Shown here: in pieces, positions 8,533 to 21,900 of the stretch | How the letters are laid out: each line of letters starts with the position of its first letter | Position numbering within the stretch: position 1 is the first letter of the stretch | Assembly (NCBI GenBank): GCA_016297845.1 | Contig: JAEDFV010000001.1 | Coordinates: 80 to 64,079 of the forward strand | Origin: Clostridia bacterium | GTDB taxonomy: Bacteria > Bacillota > Clostridia > Christensenellales > UBA1242 | Length of the DNA stretch: 64,000 bases | Direction: 5' to 3' | Translations under genes and position numbers: made by a program | The notes under the pieces: model-generated | What the model was told of the DNA's origin: nothing | The model's database searches: none | What the model saw: the letters and a program-made list of their open reading frames with translations, nothing else

Positions 8533-11500
8533 TTAATCATTTGCTTCAACAGGCATTGCATTTCTGTATGTTTTAAGTCCTGTTCCAGCAGGAATAAGTT
8601 TTCCAATGATAACATTTTCTTTAAGTCCACGAAGTTTGTCAACTTTGCTCTTAAGAGCGGCATCAGTAAGAACTCTTGATGTTTCTTGGAATGAAGCAGC
8701 AGATAAGAATGATTCAGTTGAAAGAGCAGCCTTTGTGATTCCCAGAAGCATACGTTTTGCTGTTGCAGGAACTCCTCCTTCACTGAGAGCCTTCATATTC
8801 TCTTCTTCATATTTATAAACGTCAACAACCTCGCCAGGAAGAAGATTTGTTGTTCCAGCATCTTCAATTTTAACCTTTTTGAGCATTTGTCTTACGATTA
8901 CTTCGATGTGTTTATCATTAATTTTAACTTCTTGAGAACGATAAACTGAAATAACTTCTGAAACAAGATAGTCTTGAACACCCTTAAGTCCTTTTGTTCT
9001 GAGAAGGTCTGTTGGATTAATTGAGCCTTCCATAAGAGCATCACCTGCTTCAACTTTATCCCCGTTTTTAACTTTAAGATATGCAGGTTTTTTAATTTCA
9101 TAATCCGCTTCTGTCTCAGAATTTCTAACGTTGATAAGGAATGATTTTGGTTCTTCCTTGATGGAAACAGTTCCAGAGATTTCGGTAATTTGAGCTTCAC
9201 CTTTAGGTTTTCTAGCTTCAAAAATTTCTTCAACACGAGGAAGACCTTTTGTGATATCTGAAGCAGCGATAGCACCAGAGAAGTGCTTGTTGTTCATGGT
9301 GAGCTGTGTACCAGGTTCACCAATTGATTGAGCAGCAATAATTCCAACTGCTTCACCAATGTTAACCTTGTCTTTTCCAGCCATATTTCGACCGTAACAT
9401 TTTGCACAAACACCATGCTTACATTTACATGTTAAGAGAGACCTTATCGTTACTTCTTTTATTCCAGCATCAGCAATTTCTTTTGCCTTTTCTTCTGAAA
9501 TCATTGTGTTTTCTGGAACAATAACTTCTTTTGTAACAGGATTAATAACTGCATCAACTGTGAATCTTCCAGCAATTCTATCTTCAATTGGTTCGATAAC
9601 AACGCCATCTGAAATAATAGGTGTAACCTTTATTCCTTTAACTTTTTCGCCTGCACTTTCGAAACAGTCATCTTCTGTAACAACAACGTTATGTGAAATA
9701 TCAACAAGTCTTCTTGTTAAATAACCTGAATCGGCTGTTTTCAAAGCTGTATCAGTCAAACCTTTACGTCCACCACGAGATGAAAGGAAATATTCGATTG
9801 GAGTTAAACCATCACGAAGGTTAGAACGAACTGGAACATCAACTTTTTGTCCAGATGCACCAGACATAATACCTCTCATACCACAAATACTGTTAACTTG
9901 AACGTTCGAACCACGAGCGCCAGAGACAGCCATCATTTTAAGTGGATTGAAGTCACTGAGTTGTGAAATCAAAGCATCTTGAACTTTCTTAGTTGCGTCT
10001 GTCCAAATTCCAATATTTGCATTGATTTTTTCATCTTCTGTAATAAGACCTCTTGCAAGGAATTTGTCATTTTCCAAAACTTTTTTGTTTGCTTCTTCAA
10101 TAATTTCATCTTTTTCTCTTGGAACAATCATATCATAAACGTTAATTGTCATACAGCCAAGAGTAGAATATTTAAATCCAGTTGCTTTAATATTATCAAC
10201 CATTTTTGAAGTTTCAGTTGTGCCAAGGTTTCTGAATGCCATGTCAAGAATTTTACTTAATTCGCCTTTCTTAACAACTTGGTTTACTTCAAGAGCATTG
10301 TAATTTTCACGTTTTGTTCTGTCTATCCACCCAAGGTTTTGTGGAATTGCCATATTGAATATAATTCTACCAACAGTTGTAGTAATTCTATCTGTATATT
10401 TAATTCCATCAACTTCCGTTGACCTTCTAACTTGAATTTGTGCTTGGATATCAAGATTTCCTGTTTGATATGCCATGATTGCTTCATTGCATGAAGAGAA
10501 AATATTATTCTCGCCTTTAGCGCCTGGGCGGATAACTGTCAAATAATAGCAACCAAGAACAATATCTTGCGCTGGGCTACAAATTGGTTTTCCGTCTGAA
10601 GGTTTCAAAATGTTGTTAGATGCCAACATAAGTGTTCTTGCTTCTGTTCTAGCATCAATTGAAAGAGGAACGTGAACAGCCATTTGGTCACCATCGAAAT
10701 CGGCGTTAAATCCAGGACAAACAGATGGGTGAAGTTTAATTGCTCTGCCCTCAACCAAAACTGGCTCAAAAGCTTGAATACCAAGTCTATGAAGTGTTGG
10801 CGCACGATTCAATAAGATTGGGTGATCCTTAATAACTTCATCAAGAACGTCCCAAACAACAGGTTTTTCACGTTCAATCAAACGTTTAGCGCTCTTAATA
10901 TTGTTTGACTGATTCAATTCAACCAAACGTTTAATAATAAATGGTTTGAAAAGTTCAAGGGCCATTTCTTTTGGAAGACCACATTGATACATTTTAAGTT
11001 CAGGTCCAACAACAATAACTGAACGACCTGAATAGTCAACACGTTTTCCAAGCAAGTTTTGACGGAAACGTCCTTGTTTTCCGGTTAACATCGCAGTCAA
11101 AGATTTCAAATCTCTTGCTTTCGCGCCTTGAACAGCTTTTCCGCGTTTTCCGTTTTCAATTAATGCATCAACCGCTTCTTGAAGCATACGTTTTTCGTTT
11201 CTTACAATGACCTCTGGAGCACCAAGTTCCAAAAGTTTTTTAAGACGGTTGTTTCTGTTAATAACTCTTCTATATAAATCGTTTAAGTCAGTTGTTGCAA
11301 AACGTCCACCATCAAGTTGAACCATTGGACGTAGTTCAGGTGGAAGAACAGGTATAACGTCAAGCACCATCCACTCAGGTTTGTTTCCGCTCTTCAAGAA
11401 CGAATCAACTATTTCAAGTTTCTTAATTGCTTTTAATCTCTTTTGTCCTTTTGCAGTTTTCAAAATTTCTTTAAGTTCTTTTTCCTCTTTTTCAAGGTCA

Positions 11501-12048
11501 ACTTCTCTCAAAAGACGTTTAACTGCTTCAGCACCCATTCCAACAACGAAAGAATCTGGGCCATAAGTTTCAAGCGCTTCACGATATTCTTTATCTGAAA
11601 TCACTTGTTTGTATGCAAATGGAGTGCCTTTTGGGTCAAGCACAATGTAACTTACATAGTAGACAACTTGCTCCAAAAGTTTTGGAGTTATGTCCAAAAT
11701 TGTTCCAATTCTTGATGGAACAGAGCGAAAGAACCAAATATGAGTAACAGGGGCAGCAAGTTCAATGTGTCCCATTCTTTCTCTTCTTACTTTTGAACTA
11801 GTAACTTCAACACCACATTTGTCGCAAACAACGCCTTTGTAACGAATACGTTTGTATTTTCCGCAGTGACATTCCCAGTCTTTTTTTGGTCCAAAAATAC
11901 GTTCGCAAAAAAGACCATCTTTTTCTGGCTTTTGAGTTCTGTAGTTGATGGTTTCAGGTTTAGTTACTTCTCCGTGTGACCATTCTCTTATTTTTTCTGG
12001 TGAAGCGATTCCAATTTTAATGGAATCAAAATTTGTTAACTCAAACAT
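8533..12048 (-). CDS. rpoC: DNA-directed RNA polymerase subunit beta'
   Basis: 1171 aa. Zn-binding CHCGKY..C..CGVEV. Catalytic NADFDGDQM motif. Trigger-loop and bridge-helix regions. Confidence 0.97.
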   Translation of the reverse strand: MFELTNFDSIKIGIASPEKIREWSHGEVTKPETINYRTQKPEKDGLFCERIFGPKKDWECHCGKYKRIRYKGVVCDKCGVEVTSSKVRRERMGHIELAAPVTHIWFFRSVPSRIGTILDITPKLLEQVVYYVSYIVLDPKGTPFAYKQVISDKEYREALETYGPDSFVVGMGAEAVKRLLREVDLEKEEKELKEILKTAKGQKRLKAIKKLEIVDSFLKSGNKPEWMVLDVIPVLPPELRPMVQLDGGRFATTDLNDLYRRVINRNNRLKKLLELGAPEVIVRNEKRMLQEAVDALIENGKRGKAVQGAKARDLKSLTAMLTGKQGRFRQNLLGKRVDYSGRSVIVVGPELKMYQCGLPKEMALELFKPFIIKRLVELNQSNNIKSAKRLIEREKPVVWDVLDEVIKDHPILLNRAPTLHRLGIQAFEPVLVEGRAIKLHPSVCPGFNADFDGDQMAVHVPLSIDARTEARTLMLASNNILKPSDGKPICSPAQDIVLGCYYLTVIRPGAKGENNIFSSCNEAIMAYQTGNLDIQAQIQVRRSTEVDGIKYTDRITTTVGRIIFNMAIPQNLGWIDRTKRENYNALEVNQVVKKGELSKILDMAFRNLGTTETSKMVDNIKATGFKYSTLGCMTINVYDMIVPREKDEIIEEANKKVLENDKFLARGLITEDEKINANIGIWTDATKKVQDALISQLSDFNPLKMMAVSGARGSNVQVNSICGMRGIMSGASGQKVDVPVRSNLRDGLTPIEYFLSSRGGRKGLTDTALKTADSGYLTRRLVDISHNVVVTEDDCFESAGEKVKGIKVTPIISDGVVIEPIEDRIAGRFTVDAVINPVTKEVIVPENTMISEEKAKEIADAGIKEVTIRSLLTCKCKHGVCAKCYGRNMAGKDKVNIGEAVGIIAAQSIGEPGTQLTMNNKHFSGAIAASDITKGLPRVEEIFEARKPKGEAQITEISGTVSIKEEPKSFLINVRNSETEADYEIKKPAYLKVKNGDKVEAGDALMEGSINPTDLLRTKGLKGVQDYLVSEVISVYRSQEVKINDKHIEVIVRQMLKKVKIEDAGTTNLLPGEVVDVYKYEEENMKALSEGGVPATAKRMLLGITKAALSTESFLSAASFQETSRVLTDAALKSKVDKLRGLKENVIIGKLIPAGTGLKTYRNAMPVEAND

Positions 12049-12078
12049 TGTTCTTTTTCTCCTAAATTAACTATACAA

Positions 12079-15000
12079 TTATTCATTATCGTCCAAATCT
12101 TCTAATAAATCACTTGCATCAAATGCAGTTGTTTCTTTCTCAATTTCATTTAACAAATCTACAGTTGCATCTTCTTTATTATCAAAATCAAGATTTATTT
12201 CTTTCAATTCTTCTTCAACTTCTTTTGTCAAAGGTGAGATATCATCTTGAGTAATTTCACCAATAGAAATTTCTTGTTCATTTTCAGTTAAGATTTTGAT
12301 GTCCAAACCGAGTGCTTGAAGTTCCTTAACAAGAACTTTAAATGATTCAGGAATTCCTGGTTCAGCAATAGGTTGTCCTTTAACAATAGCTTCATACGTT
12401 TTAACTCTGCCGACAACATCATCAGATTTTACAGTTAAAATTTCTTGAAGAACATTAGACGCACCATAAGCTTCCAAAGCCCAAACTTCCATTTCACCAA
12501 ATCTTTGACCACCAAACATAGCTTTACCGCCAAGAGGTTGTTGTGTAACAAGTGAATATGGTCCAATTGAACGCGCATGCATTTTACTGTCAACCATGTG
12601 GTCAAGTTTTAACATATACTTATAGCCAACTGTTGCAGGGTTGTCGAATGCTTCACCTGTTCTTCCATCGTAAAGTTGGATTTTTCCGTTTGCTGGGAAA
12701 TTGTTTTCAACTAACAATTTTTGAATATCGTCTGCAGTTGCTCCATCAAACACTGGAGTTGCAACTTTCCAACCCAAACTTTGGGCAACAAGTCCAAGAT
12801 GAACTTCCAAAACTTGTCCAACGTTCATACGTGAAGGAATACCAAGAGGATTCAAAACAATATCCAAAGGTTGACCATTTGCCATATAAGGCATGTCACA
12901 AACTGGAAGAATTCTAGAAACAACACCCTTGTTACCATGACGTCCAGCCATCTTGTCTCCGACTGAAAGTTTACGTCTTTGTGCGACATAAACTTTGACC
13001 ATCATATTAACACCTGGTTCAAGTTCGTCTTTGTTTTTGCGTGAGAATATTTGTACATCTACAACAACACCACCGCGTCCATGTTGAACACGAAGAGATG
13101 TGTCGCGAACTTCTCTTGCTTTTTCGCCGAAAATTGCACGAAGAAGTCTTTCTTCTGGTGTCAATTCTGTTTCACCTTTTGGTGTGACTTTTCCAACCAA
13201 AATATCTCCTGGAACAACTTCTGCACCAATTCTAACAATTCCGTTTTCATCGAGATTTTTCAGTGCTTCTTCGCCAAGGTTAGGAATATCTCTTGTGATT
13301 TCTTCATCACCAAGTTTGGTTGTTCTACATTTAATTTCTTCTGCTTTTAAAGTAATTGAAGTATAAATGTCTTCTTTAACCATTCTTTCGCTGACAAGGA
13401 TAGCATCTTCATAGTTGTATCCTTCCCAGTTCATGTACCCAACGAGAACGTTCTTTCCGAGTGCTAGTTCTCCGTTTTGTGTTGAATACCCATCAGCCAA
13501 AATATCCCCTGCTTTAATCTTTTCACCATGTTTTACAAGTGGTTTTTGATTTATGCAAGTATCTTGGTTTGTCTTTTGGAATTTAATTAAATCGTAGACA
13601 TCTTCTCCGTCTTCCGTTTTAACTTTAATTTGTGCGGAACTAACATAAGAAACTACACCTGGATTTTTAGCAATTACCATTGCTCCACAATCATAAGCAA
13701 TTTTTGCTTCCATACCAGTTCCAACAATTGGTGATTCTGGACGCAAAACTGGAACAGCCTGACGTTGCATGTTCGCACCCATAAGAGCACGCATACTATC
13801 ATCACTGTTAAGGAAAGGAATCAATGCTGTTGCAGCTGAAATGAATTGTCTAGGAGAAACATCAACATAATCAACCATGCTTCTTGGAACTTCAACAATC
13901 GCATTTTTATAACGACAAACAATTCTATCATTCAAGAATCTTCCGTCTTCTGTTAATGGTTCAATTGATTGAGCGATGTAATAGTTATCTTCAACATCAG
14001 CCATTTTATATTCGCTGACTTTTGAAACAATTCCTGTTTTCTTGTCAACTTTTCTATATGGAGTTTCAAGGAATCCGTATTCATTAATTTTTGCATATGA
14101 AGCAAGAGTGCTTATAAGACCGATGCTTTGTCCTTCTGGTGTTTCAATAACACATATTCTACCAAAATGTGTGTAATGTATATCACGAACTTCATCAGTT
14201 GCTCTTTCTTTTTTGATACCACCAGGGCCAACAGCTGAAACTCTTCTCTTTTGAGTTAAAGATGAAAGAGGGTTTGCTTGGTCCATAAGTTGTGACAATT
14301 GTGATGAAGCAATGAAATCTTTTAATGCTTTGTTTACAGGGCGTGGATTGATAATTTGTGAAGGTGTAACTTCGCTTAAATCTTTTCCTTGCAAACTTTC
14401 TTTCATACTTGTGCAAAGTTTGTTTACACCAGTACGGAAAGCATTTTTCATAAGTTCGCCAACAGATTGAATTCTTCTGTTTGAAAGGTGGTCAATGTTG
14501 TCAAATTCACCTATTCCTGCCAAAATATCTAAGTAATAGCTTATACTTGCAAGAATGTCATCTATTGTCAAAGTTGTAATCAAAAGTTCTTTCGCATTTT
14601 CTTTGATTGCTTTCAAACGTTTTTCTTTTGTTTTGTTATCTTTAAGAATTTGTGCAAGTGTTGGATAATAAACCTCTTCCAAAATTCCCAATTCTTCTTC
14701 ATCGCAAGGGAAAACATTTGAAAGTTTAACACGATTGTTTCCTCTTATAAGATGTCTTTCACCTTTGAGCAAAATCCAAACTTCGTTTATTCCGCTGTCT
14801 TGGATTCTTCTTGCAACATCAGCAGTAATTATGTCTCCTGCTTTTACGACAACTTCGTCTTCGATAACGATGTTATCAGCTGAAACTTTTCCTGTTATTC
14901 TTGTCGCAATTGAAAGTTTTTTATTGAATTTATATCTTCCAACTCTGCTTAAATTATAATATTGGTCAGAGAAGAAGAAAAGATTTAAATAACTTCTTGT

Positions 15001-15753
15001 TGATTCAGCAGAAGGAACTTCAGTTGGTCTTGTCTTTCTACTAAATTCTATAAGAGCTTCTTCTTGAGTTGTTTGTGGCTCTTTGTCCAAAACATTTTTA
15101 ACATATTTGTTATTTCCAAAAAGTTTCAAGATTTCTTCGTTGGTATATCCAAAACATTTGAGGAAAACGCCAAGAGTAACTTTACTTCCTCTATCGATGA
15201 TAACTTTAATTACATCATTTGCTGCTTGTTCAAATTCAAGCCACATTCCTCTTGTTGGAATCATTTGACCTTTGGCTGTTGAAAGGTCGTTTGGTGTATC
15301 TTCTGTGAAATAAACACTTGGAGAACGAACAATTTGTGAAACAACAACCCTTTCAATTCCATTAAAGATGAAAGAACCTTCCTCTGTCATTAGAGGAATA
15401 TCTCCCATGAAAACTTCTTGTTCAATTCCATTAGGATTGTCTTCTGTAACAAACTTTGCTTTTACTTTCAAAGGAGTTGTATATGAAGAGCCTCTGCGCT
15501 TACACTCACTTCTTGAAAATTTGCATTTTTTGTCAATCGAAGAAGAAAGGAAATATAATTTTCCTTTTCCGCTGTAATCAACAACTGGCGAAAACTCTTC
15601 CAAGATTTCGTCAATTCCTGTATCCAAGAATTTTTTATATGTGTCCCTTTGGATTTCAAGCAAATTTGGAGTTGGACAATATTCTTCAAGTTTCCCAAAA
15701 GTATATCTTTCTCCTCTTCCACTTTTGATTTTTTTAACCATTGTTTCCATCAT
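12079..15753 (-). CDS. rpoB: DNA-directed RNA polymerase subunit beta
   Basis: 1224 aa. Conserved beta-subunit blocks ([26 protein letters not shown], rifampicin-cluster region [14 protein letters not shown]). SD AAGGAGAA upstream. Confidence 0.97.
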   Translation of the reverse strand: MMETMVKKIKSGRGERYTFGKLEEYCPTPNLLEIQRDTYKKFLDTGIDEILEEFSPVVDYSGKGKLYFLSSSIDKKCKFSRSECKRRGSSYTTPLKVKAKFVTEDNPNGIEQEVFMGDIPLMTEEGSFIFNGIERVVVSQIVRSPSVYFTEDTPNDLSTAKGQMIPTRGMWLEFEQAANDVIKVIIDRGSKVTLGVFLKCFGYTNEEILKLFGNNKYVKNVLDKEPQTTQEEALIEFSRKTRPTEVPSAESTRSYLNLFFFSDQYYNLSRVGRYKFNKKLSIATRITGKVSADNIVIEDEVVVKAGDIITADVARRIQDSGINEVWILLKGERHLIRGNNRVKLSNVFPCDEEELGILEEVYYPTLAQILKDNKTKEKRLKAIKENAKELLITTLTIDDILASISYYLDILAGIGEFDNIDHLSNRRIQSVGELMKNAFRTGVNKLCTSMKESLQGKDLSEVTPSQIINPRPVNKALKDFIASSQLSQLMDQANPLSSLTQKRRVSAVGPGGIKKERATDEVRDIHYTHFGRICVIETPEGQSIGLISTLASYAKINEYGFLETPYRKVDKKTGIVSKVSEYKMADVEDNYYIAQSIEPLTEDGRFLNDRIVCRYKNAIVEVPRSMVDYVDVSPRQFISAATALIPFLNSDDSMRALMGANMQRQAVPVLRPESPIVGTGMEAKIAYDCGAMVIAKNPGVVSYVSSAQIKVKTEDGEDVYDLIKFQKTNQDTCINQKPLVKHGEKIKAGDILADGYSTQNGELALGKNVLVGYMNWEGYNYEDAILVSERMVKEDIYTSITLKAEEIKCRTTKLGDEEITRDIPNLGEEALKNLDENGIVRIGAEVVPGDILVGKVTPKGETELTPEERLLRAIFGEKAREVRDTSLRVQHGRGGVVVDVQIFSRKNKDELEPGVNMMVKVYVAQRRKLSVGDKMAGRHGNKGVVSRILPVCDMPYMANGQPLDIVLNPLGIPSRMNVGQVLEVHLGLVAQSLGWKVATPVFDGATADDIQKLLVENNFPANGKIQLYDGRTGEAFDNPATVGYKYMLKLDHMVDSKMHARSIGPYSLVTQQPLGGKAMFGGQRFGEMEVWALEAYGASNVLQEILTVKSDDVVGRVKTYEAIVKGQPIAEPGIPESFKVLVKELQALGLDIKILTENEQEISIGEITQDDISPLTKEVEEELKEINLDFDNKEDATVDLLNEIEKETTAFDASDLLEDLDDNE

Positions 15754-15770
15754 AACTTCTCCTTACAAGC

Positions 15771-15805
15771 AAAAAAAAGAGTGGCAAAAATAGCACATTT
15801 TTGCC
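15771..15805 (-). terminator. intrinsic-terminator-like hairpin inside the rpoB leader (possible attenuator)
   Basis: Minus strand GGCAAAAAT-gtgct-ATTTTTGCC (9-bp stem), followed by ACTC and T8. Located between the predicted promoter (15871-15899) and the rpoB SD/start. Confidence 0.5.
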
Positions 15806-15870
15806 TTTTCTCTATATGTTTTAACTAAAAAATGCCCAATATTTGTCCACTTTAGCCTATACAATTTAGG

Positions 15871-15899
15871 ATTTTATCATTATTTTATATTTGTGTCAA
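15871..15899 (-). promoter_or_regulatory. consensus-like sigma-A promoter upstream of rpoB
   Basis: Minus strand TTGACA (15899-15894), 17-nt spacer, TAAAAT (15876-15871). Implies a 5' UTR of about 110 nt. Confidence 0.5.
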
Positions 15900-15949
15900 C
15901 AACTTTTTAACAAATTTTTAAAATAATTGTCAAAAACTGAATGTTATTT

Positions 15950-15979
15950 CAGCAAAAAATAAAAGGCTATAAAAGCCTT
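15950..15979 (-). terminator. terminator after the giant-gene cluster
   Basis: Stem AAGGCT / AGCCTT (15963-15968 / 15974-15979) directly after the TAG stop, followed on the minus strand by a T-rich run. Confidence 0.5.
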
Positions 15980-18900
15980 CTATTTTGGTCTTTTTTCACC
16001 ATTTAAAGTGTATTTTGCTGAAAGAGGAATGTAGATAGTTTCGTTATCACTGGAAATTTTGTAGATATCTAAACTTGCGTCAGACAATAAACCCTTTTTA
16101 TACGTTGTTTTGTATTCATAAATTCCAATTCCATACCAAACTTGAAGCGATTCTGAAATTGAATAATTATTTATAACTATCTTTGTTAAATAACTTCCGT
16201 CACTAAGTTTTTGTTGGATATCATCTTTAAATGCGCTAGTCAAAATAATATTAATTGTTTTAGTTAGTTCACTATTAACACCAGAATCAGGAGACACGAC
16301 TTTACAATTTATCATATCCTCAACATAACCAGAAATATAGCCCACAACAGTTCCAACACTTGTTATAACTTCTGATGATGTTGAAGTTATTGCTCCACTA
16401 TGGAATGAATCAATAATTGAAATTTTGTAAGAACTTGAGTCAAGATTTTTAATTTGACCGACTAAGCCACCTATTTTATTTCCGCCAATTATCTCGCCAA
16501 TTATTATAACATTTTCAATTCTTCCTGCGCTCATAAGTCCAACTGCTCCACCTAATGCACCAACATCAATTTTTGCTTTAAGTTTAGTATTAACATAAAC
16601 ATTTTTAATTGTACCGTTAGACATATAGCCAGCAATATTACCTATCGCATTTGGAGAGAAATTTTCAGAACCAAAGAATCCGAGATAAGCACTTCCATCA
16701 TCACCAACTATTTTGACATCTTCAATAGTTCCAAGGTTGTGGCCAGCAACAACTCCGCCATAGACGTCAGCTTTAACTTTTTGACCTTGTGCACCAATTG
16801 CTTCCAAATTTTGAACTATTACGTTTTTGCCAATATACCCAAACATGAGTCCAGCATTTTCAGCCGCTGAAACATTGTTTCCATAGACAGAAGCAAAAAC
16901 AACTCTTCCATAACCATTTACTATTCCAGCAATCATGCCAGCATAAGAAACTTGATTTGAATTTCCGTTCAAATATTCTCTAATTGGGTGATTATTCAAA
17001 CTGGCCCTATATGAAGCATTAACTGAAATGCTAGAAATAATATTGTTGAAATTAAATTCACCCTCTGCAACTCCACAGATGCCACCAACAGCATTCTTTC
17101 CAAGAACGGTTACACCTTCAAGTTCAACTGCATAAGTTGCACCATCAATAACAATATTGACAAGAGTTGCACCATAGACTGTTCCAGCAACAGCTCCGAC
17201 ATTGTTACAGTTTGCCAAGCTTATATATCGTGGAGCAAAAGTTAAATTCTTTATGCTTCCGACTTTTTGGCTTGCAAGTCCAATCGTTCCAAAGAATCCA
17301 GCGTTGTCAAGTTTTGCCCCGCTGTCCAAAACATAGTTTCCAATTGTATATCCATTTCCTTCTAGATTTCCAAGGAATGTATATTGATAAAGACCACTGG
17401 AAACTGTTGATGTTTCATAGATTATATCTCCGATAAGTCTACAATATAGGTCTTTTATGATAACGCCCGAAGTGAATCCAGAACTTGAACTAATTAAAAA
17501 TTCCAAATCATCTTGAGAAGAAATTATATAAGGATTAAACTTACTTCCTTCAGGATTCTTTTCTTCATCTTCATAAATATATGTTGTTGTTTCTGTTGCT
17601 GAATCGAAGTATGTATCAACAAGTTTTTTATGTCCATAGGTCAAAATGTTTGGTGATACAAGTTGTGGTGCTTTTGTACTAAAAGTCAAGTATTCACCCT
17701 TTTCATTGCAGAAATCAACTTCGCCCAAACTTCCGTTTGCCCAGAACCAAACTCCTTCAGTTTTATCTGCAGTATTTGAGAATGCGTATTTTTCAAATTT
17801 ATCACTGTCTGAGAAATCATTTTCGGTTTGCAAAATTTCAAGTCCTTCAACTCCTTTGTTGCTCCCAAGACCCTTATTAAAGTTGCCACTTTCTAGTGCA
17901 AAACATGCTTCAAGTTCGCCAGAATTCAAAATTGAATTTTCAGAAATACCTGTCAAAATTCCAATGAACACGCCATTTTTTGCAGAACTTTCAAGAGCTG
18001 AAGTTGAATAGCAATGGGTAATTTTTCCTTCAGATTGGTTATTAAACACGAATCCACTTGCACTTTCGTTTGTTTTCACAGGTATATTTGAATAACAATT
18101 CGAAATTTCACCATAATTTTCATAGACAAACGCACCAGCACTTGCAGTCGAATAAATTATGTTTACTCCAGCAACTTCGTCTGGGAACATATCAGCGTCA
18201 GTATATCCTGAAGTTATGTAGGTTGTAAAAATTGTTCCACCAAGTTGGTTAACACCAACAACTCCCCCAGTAATTGCTGAGACAGAACCAGCAGTGTTGT
18301 TTTCAATTCTTGCCTTTACATAACTTGATGCAATACTACCACTTCCGCCATTAATTGCAGTTATTCCACCAAGGTTTGCTGGAAGATAACCAGATGTTGA
18401 CAAATTTGTTGCGTTAAGTGACAAGCCTGTTTCAATATGGCTGTTTGTTATATCACCATTGTTGATGCCAACAAGTCCACCAACCTGGTTTCCAACTTCA
18501 GTTGAATCTGGAATTCCAAACAAATTCAAATTCATAATTGCATATTGCTCGCCTTGAACTGAGCAGTTTGTTATTTTTCCATTATTTTCTCCAACTAAAA
18601 GTCCAAAAGTTACGCTTGTGTAATCATAGAAATTAAAGTTTGTGTTTTCGTTTACAAAAATTACAATATTTTGCAAAAGAGTGTTTTGTGCAGTTATCTT
18701 AAATAACCCAAATTTTATAGATTTTGTCTCTTCCGATTTCAAACTATATTCCCTTGGAAGAGTAATTTTGTAATTATTTCCATTAAATCCACCAATCAAT
18801 GTTTCAATTGGAGTAAAATCATCTGGCAAGGGTATATCATTCATAAGAATGTAATAATTTCCTTCTCTCATGTCTAACATATCTTCGTAAGAATAAATAG

Positions 18901-21900
18901 GATAAGGATTTCTTAGACTAGTTTTTTCCGAAATATCAAACGTGAAAATTTGAGAAAGAGTATATAAATTTTTTCCAATAACATCTTCGGTGTAAAGCGA
19001 CGGAATTCCATTATCATTATAATAGAATTTTGCAGAGAATTTTATTTCCAAGTCTGGCGCCGAAGGGGTATGAACTTTCATAAACTTTATGACAATTTTC
19101 TTTGTCGTTTCATTATATGAAATTTTAAATCCACCTTTAGAGGTTGTGTAGACTTTTGTGTTTCCAACACCATCTTTAAAATTCTTATTTCCAATAATTG
19201 TGTTCCATGTTCCTGTTGATTCCCTAAATGACCATACCAATTCCGTTTCATTTCCGACTGAAAGGTCAGAGAGGAATTTTAAAACATTATTACGAATTGT
19301 TTCATTTGATTTGTTATATATCAAAATGTCTGAATTAAGAGAAATTTCAAAAGTATACGAATTTCCTATCGCTGAAGCATAAATATTGTTAAAAACGTTT
19401 GAAACAATGTCGCTTAGGTTATTTTCTTTTACAACAAATTGTTCAAGTTCAATATACAAGATTGCTTCTTGGCTTTTCTCGCCATCAATATCAAGACCAT
19501 AAGACTTTATCATAAGGGTGCGTTCGCCACTTGGCAATGCATCTTTTATGACAAGTTTATATGTTCCATCATCATTTTTAACTATTGAAACAAATCCAGA
19601 AGCATTTCCTGAAAGTTCGAAGCAAACTTGACCATCTGTTATAATTGATCCTGATGTAGTAAAAGTCCCAAAAGTGAAACCTTTTACATCAACATCTAGG
19701 TCATATGAAACTCCTTGAGCGAGTTTAACAGGATTGTTCTCGTTATTTCCGCTTGAAACACCATCAACCGTCAATATAACTCCTGGCAACCTCTCAACAA
19801 AGAAATTCAACAAAACTTCGTCGCCAATTTGATTTCCATTTTCGTCGCGGAAAATAACTTTTAAAGCAACCTGAGAGTTATCGCTCATTCGTTGGTCAGC
19901 AAACGCTCTCACATAAAATTTTCCGTTTTGTATCAAACTTTTTGGAATGCTAATTCCATTAGAAATTCTTTTTGCCCCGCTAAGTGGAGCGTCAAGAACT
20001 CTGTCAAAAAGGTCAAAGGCAAGGTCATATTCATTCCCTTCAACATTGACTATTTCAACTGTTTTAAAGTATGTGAAATATGGAGTTATACTCAATTCAA
20101 GAAGAGAATGTTGTCCAGGGATAATAACTCCACTTGGGATATAGGAAAATCTGCCACTGAAATTATATTTCTCTTCATCTTTCGAAATAGTTGGGAACAA
20201 ATTTGTATAAACTGAAATTACACTTTGAGGTTGATAGGTTATTGTCATGCTTGACGAAACACCATTTGATGCCGTAATTGTTATTTTGAAAGTTTTTGCA
20301 GAAGAAATAGTTTTTCCATTTTCGTCAAGTTTGAATTTAATCGTAAAATTGCTATTAACTTTACAATTTATATGGAAACTGAGAGTGTCTCCATAACTTT
20401 CTCCTGATTTGTTAGTAAGTGAATCTTCACCACATTGAACAATTAATTCCAAGTATAATGTGCCTGGGTCAACGAGAATATTTCCGTTTTCATCAAGTTC
20501 CTTGATTGAAATTGTTACCTCTTCATTTTCATTAATTGAATCAAGAGAAACATTCATGTCGGTCACATAATATGGCTCAGTTTCTATTTTATTTTTTGAA
20601 ATATTAATTCCTTTTGTTGTGTTTTCGAAAACAAATTTACTATTAATTTCTTTTTTAGATTTTTCGTCAACTTCCAAATCTAAAATTTTAAAATACGTTT
20701 TTCCATCTTCGCCAACAAATTCAATATAAGGTAAAATTGTTACATTATACTCACCCGTATTTCCATTAACACTTATTTGATATGTTTCAGGGTCATTTTG
20801 AACAAGTTTAAGTGCCAAATCTAAGATTTCTTCTCCAGGCTTAATATATTTTGTTTCTCCACCAACTACAATTTTGAAAAGCATTTTTATATCAGTTGGT
20901 ATATCAAAATTCTTTAAGTTGTATTTATCTAATAATGACAAATATAATATTTTACTTAATTCTGCATCGAAAACAACTGTGGAATCATTTTCAATTTCAG
21001 TCGCTTTCGTGCTGTCGAGATAAACAGAAATATTATTGGCAAAGGAAATCACCTTAACATAAATTTCTTGTGAACCAGTTACATATGGAGAAGAAACAAT
21101 TAGTTTTGTTTCACCAATTGATTTTGGAACTAATTTTCCATTTGAAATTGCTAAAATTTCATTATTTGAAGATTCAATCAAATATCTATTTCCAAGAGAA
21201 GTCGTTAACATTGAAGAAATTTGTTTTTCAATATAATCTCCATTTTTGTCATGCAAGAATATATAGAATGCAACCTTGCCATCAAGTGAAGATGATGATA
21301 ATTCGAATTTTTCACCTTCTTCAGTAAGCATCATGTTTATAGTTGCCGTTGGAAGGAAAATAAATCCAAAACCTTCAACTTCTTTTATTTCAGTTTTAAG
21401 TTTATTTTCAGCAACACCATATGATTTTGTTGGATTGTTGTCACCTTTTTTATATATTGCATAATTACGTTCAGTATCAGTAATTTCAAATTGACTTACG
21501 CCATTTCCATCGGCAATTGCAACAACATAGTCAATTGTTCCGCCTGTTTTTGCGCCAACAATAAAGCCATATTTATTCGAAGAGCTAATATCAACTGCAT
21601 TTGTGTCGCTCAAATATGAAATGAACGAAGAACTTCCCAAACTTCCGCCTGTCATGTTTCCAACAATTCCGCCAACGTTGTTATTTCCAGAAATAAGCGT
21701 GACACCAGATTTCTTTTCCAAACTTTCCACAATCATTCCAGATATAGTTCCAGAGTTTGTTCCAACAGCGCCACCAACATTGTCATGCCCAACAACAACT
21801 GCTTGGGAAAGACAATTTTCAATTGTGCCACTGTTGTTTCCAACAACTCCGCCAACGTTGTCAAAGTTAGAAGCAGTTATCGTTCCAACACTTTCAAGAT

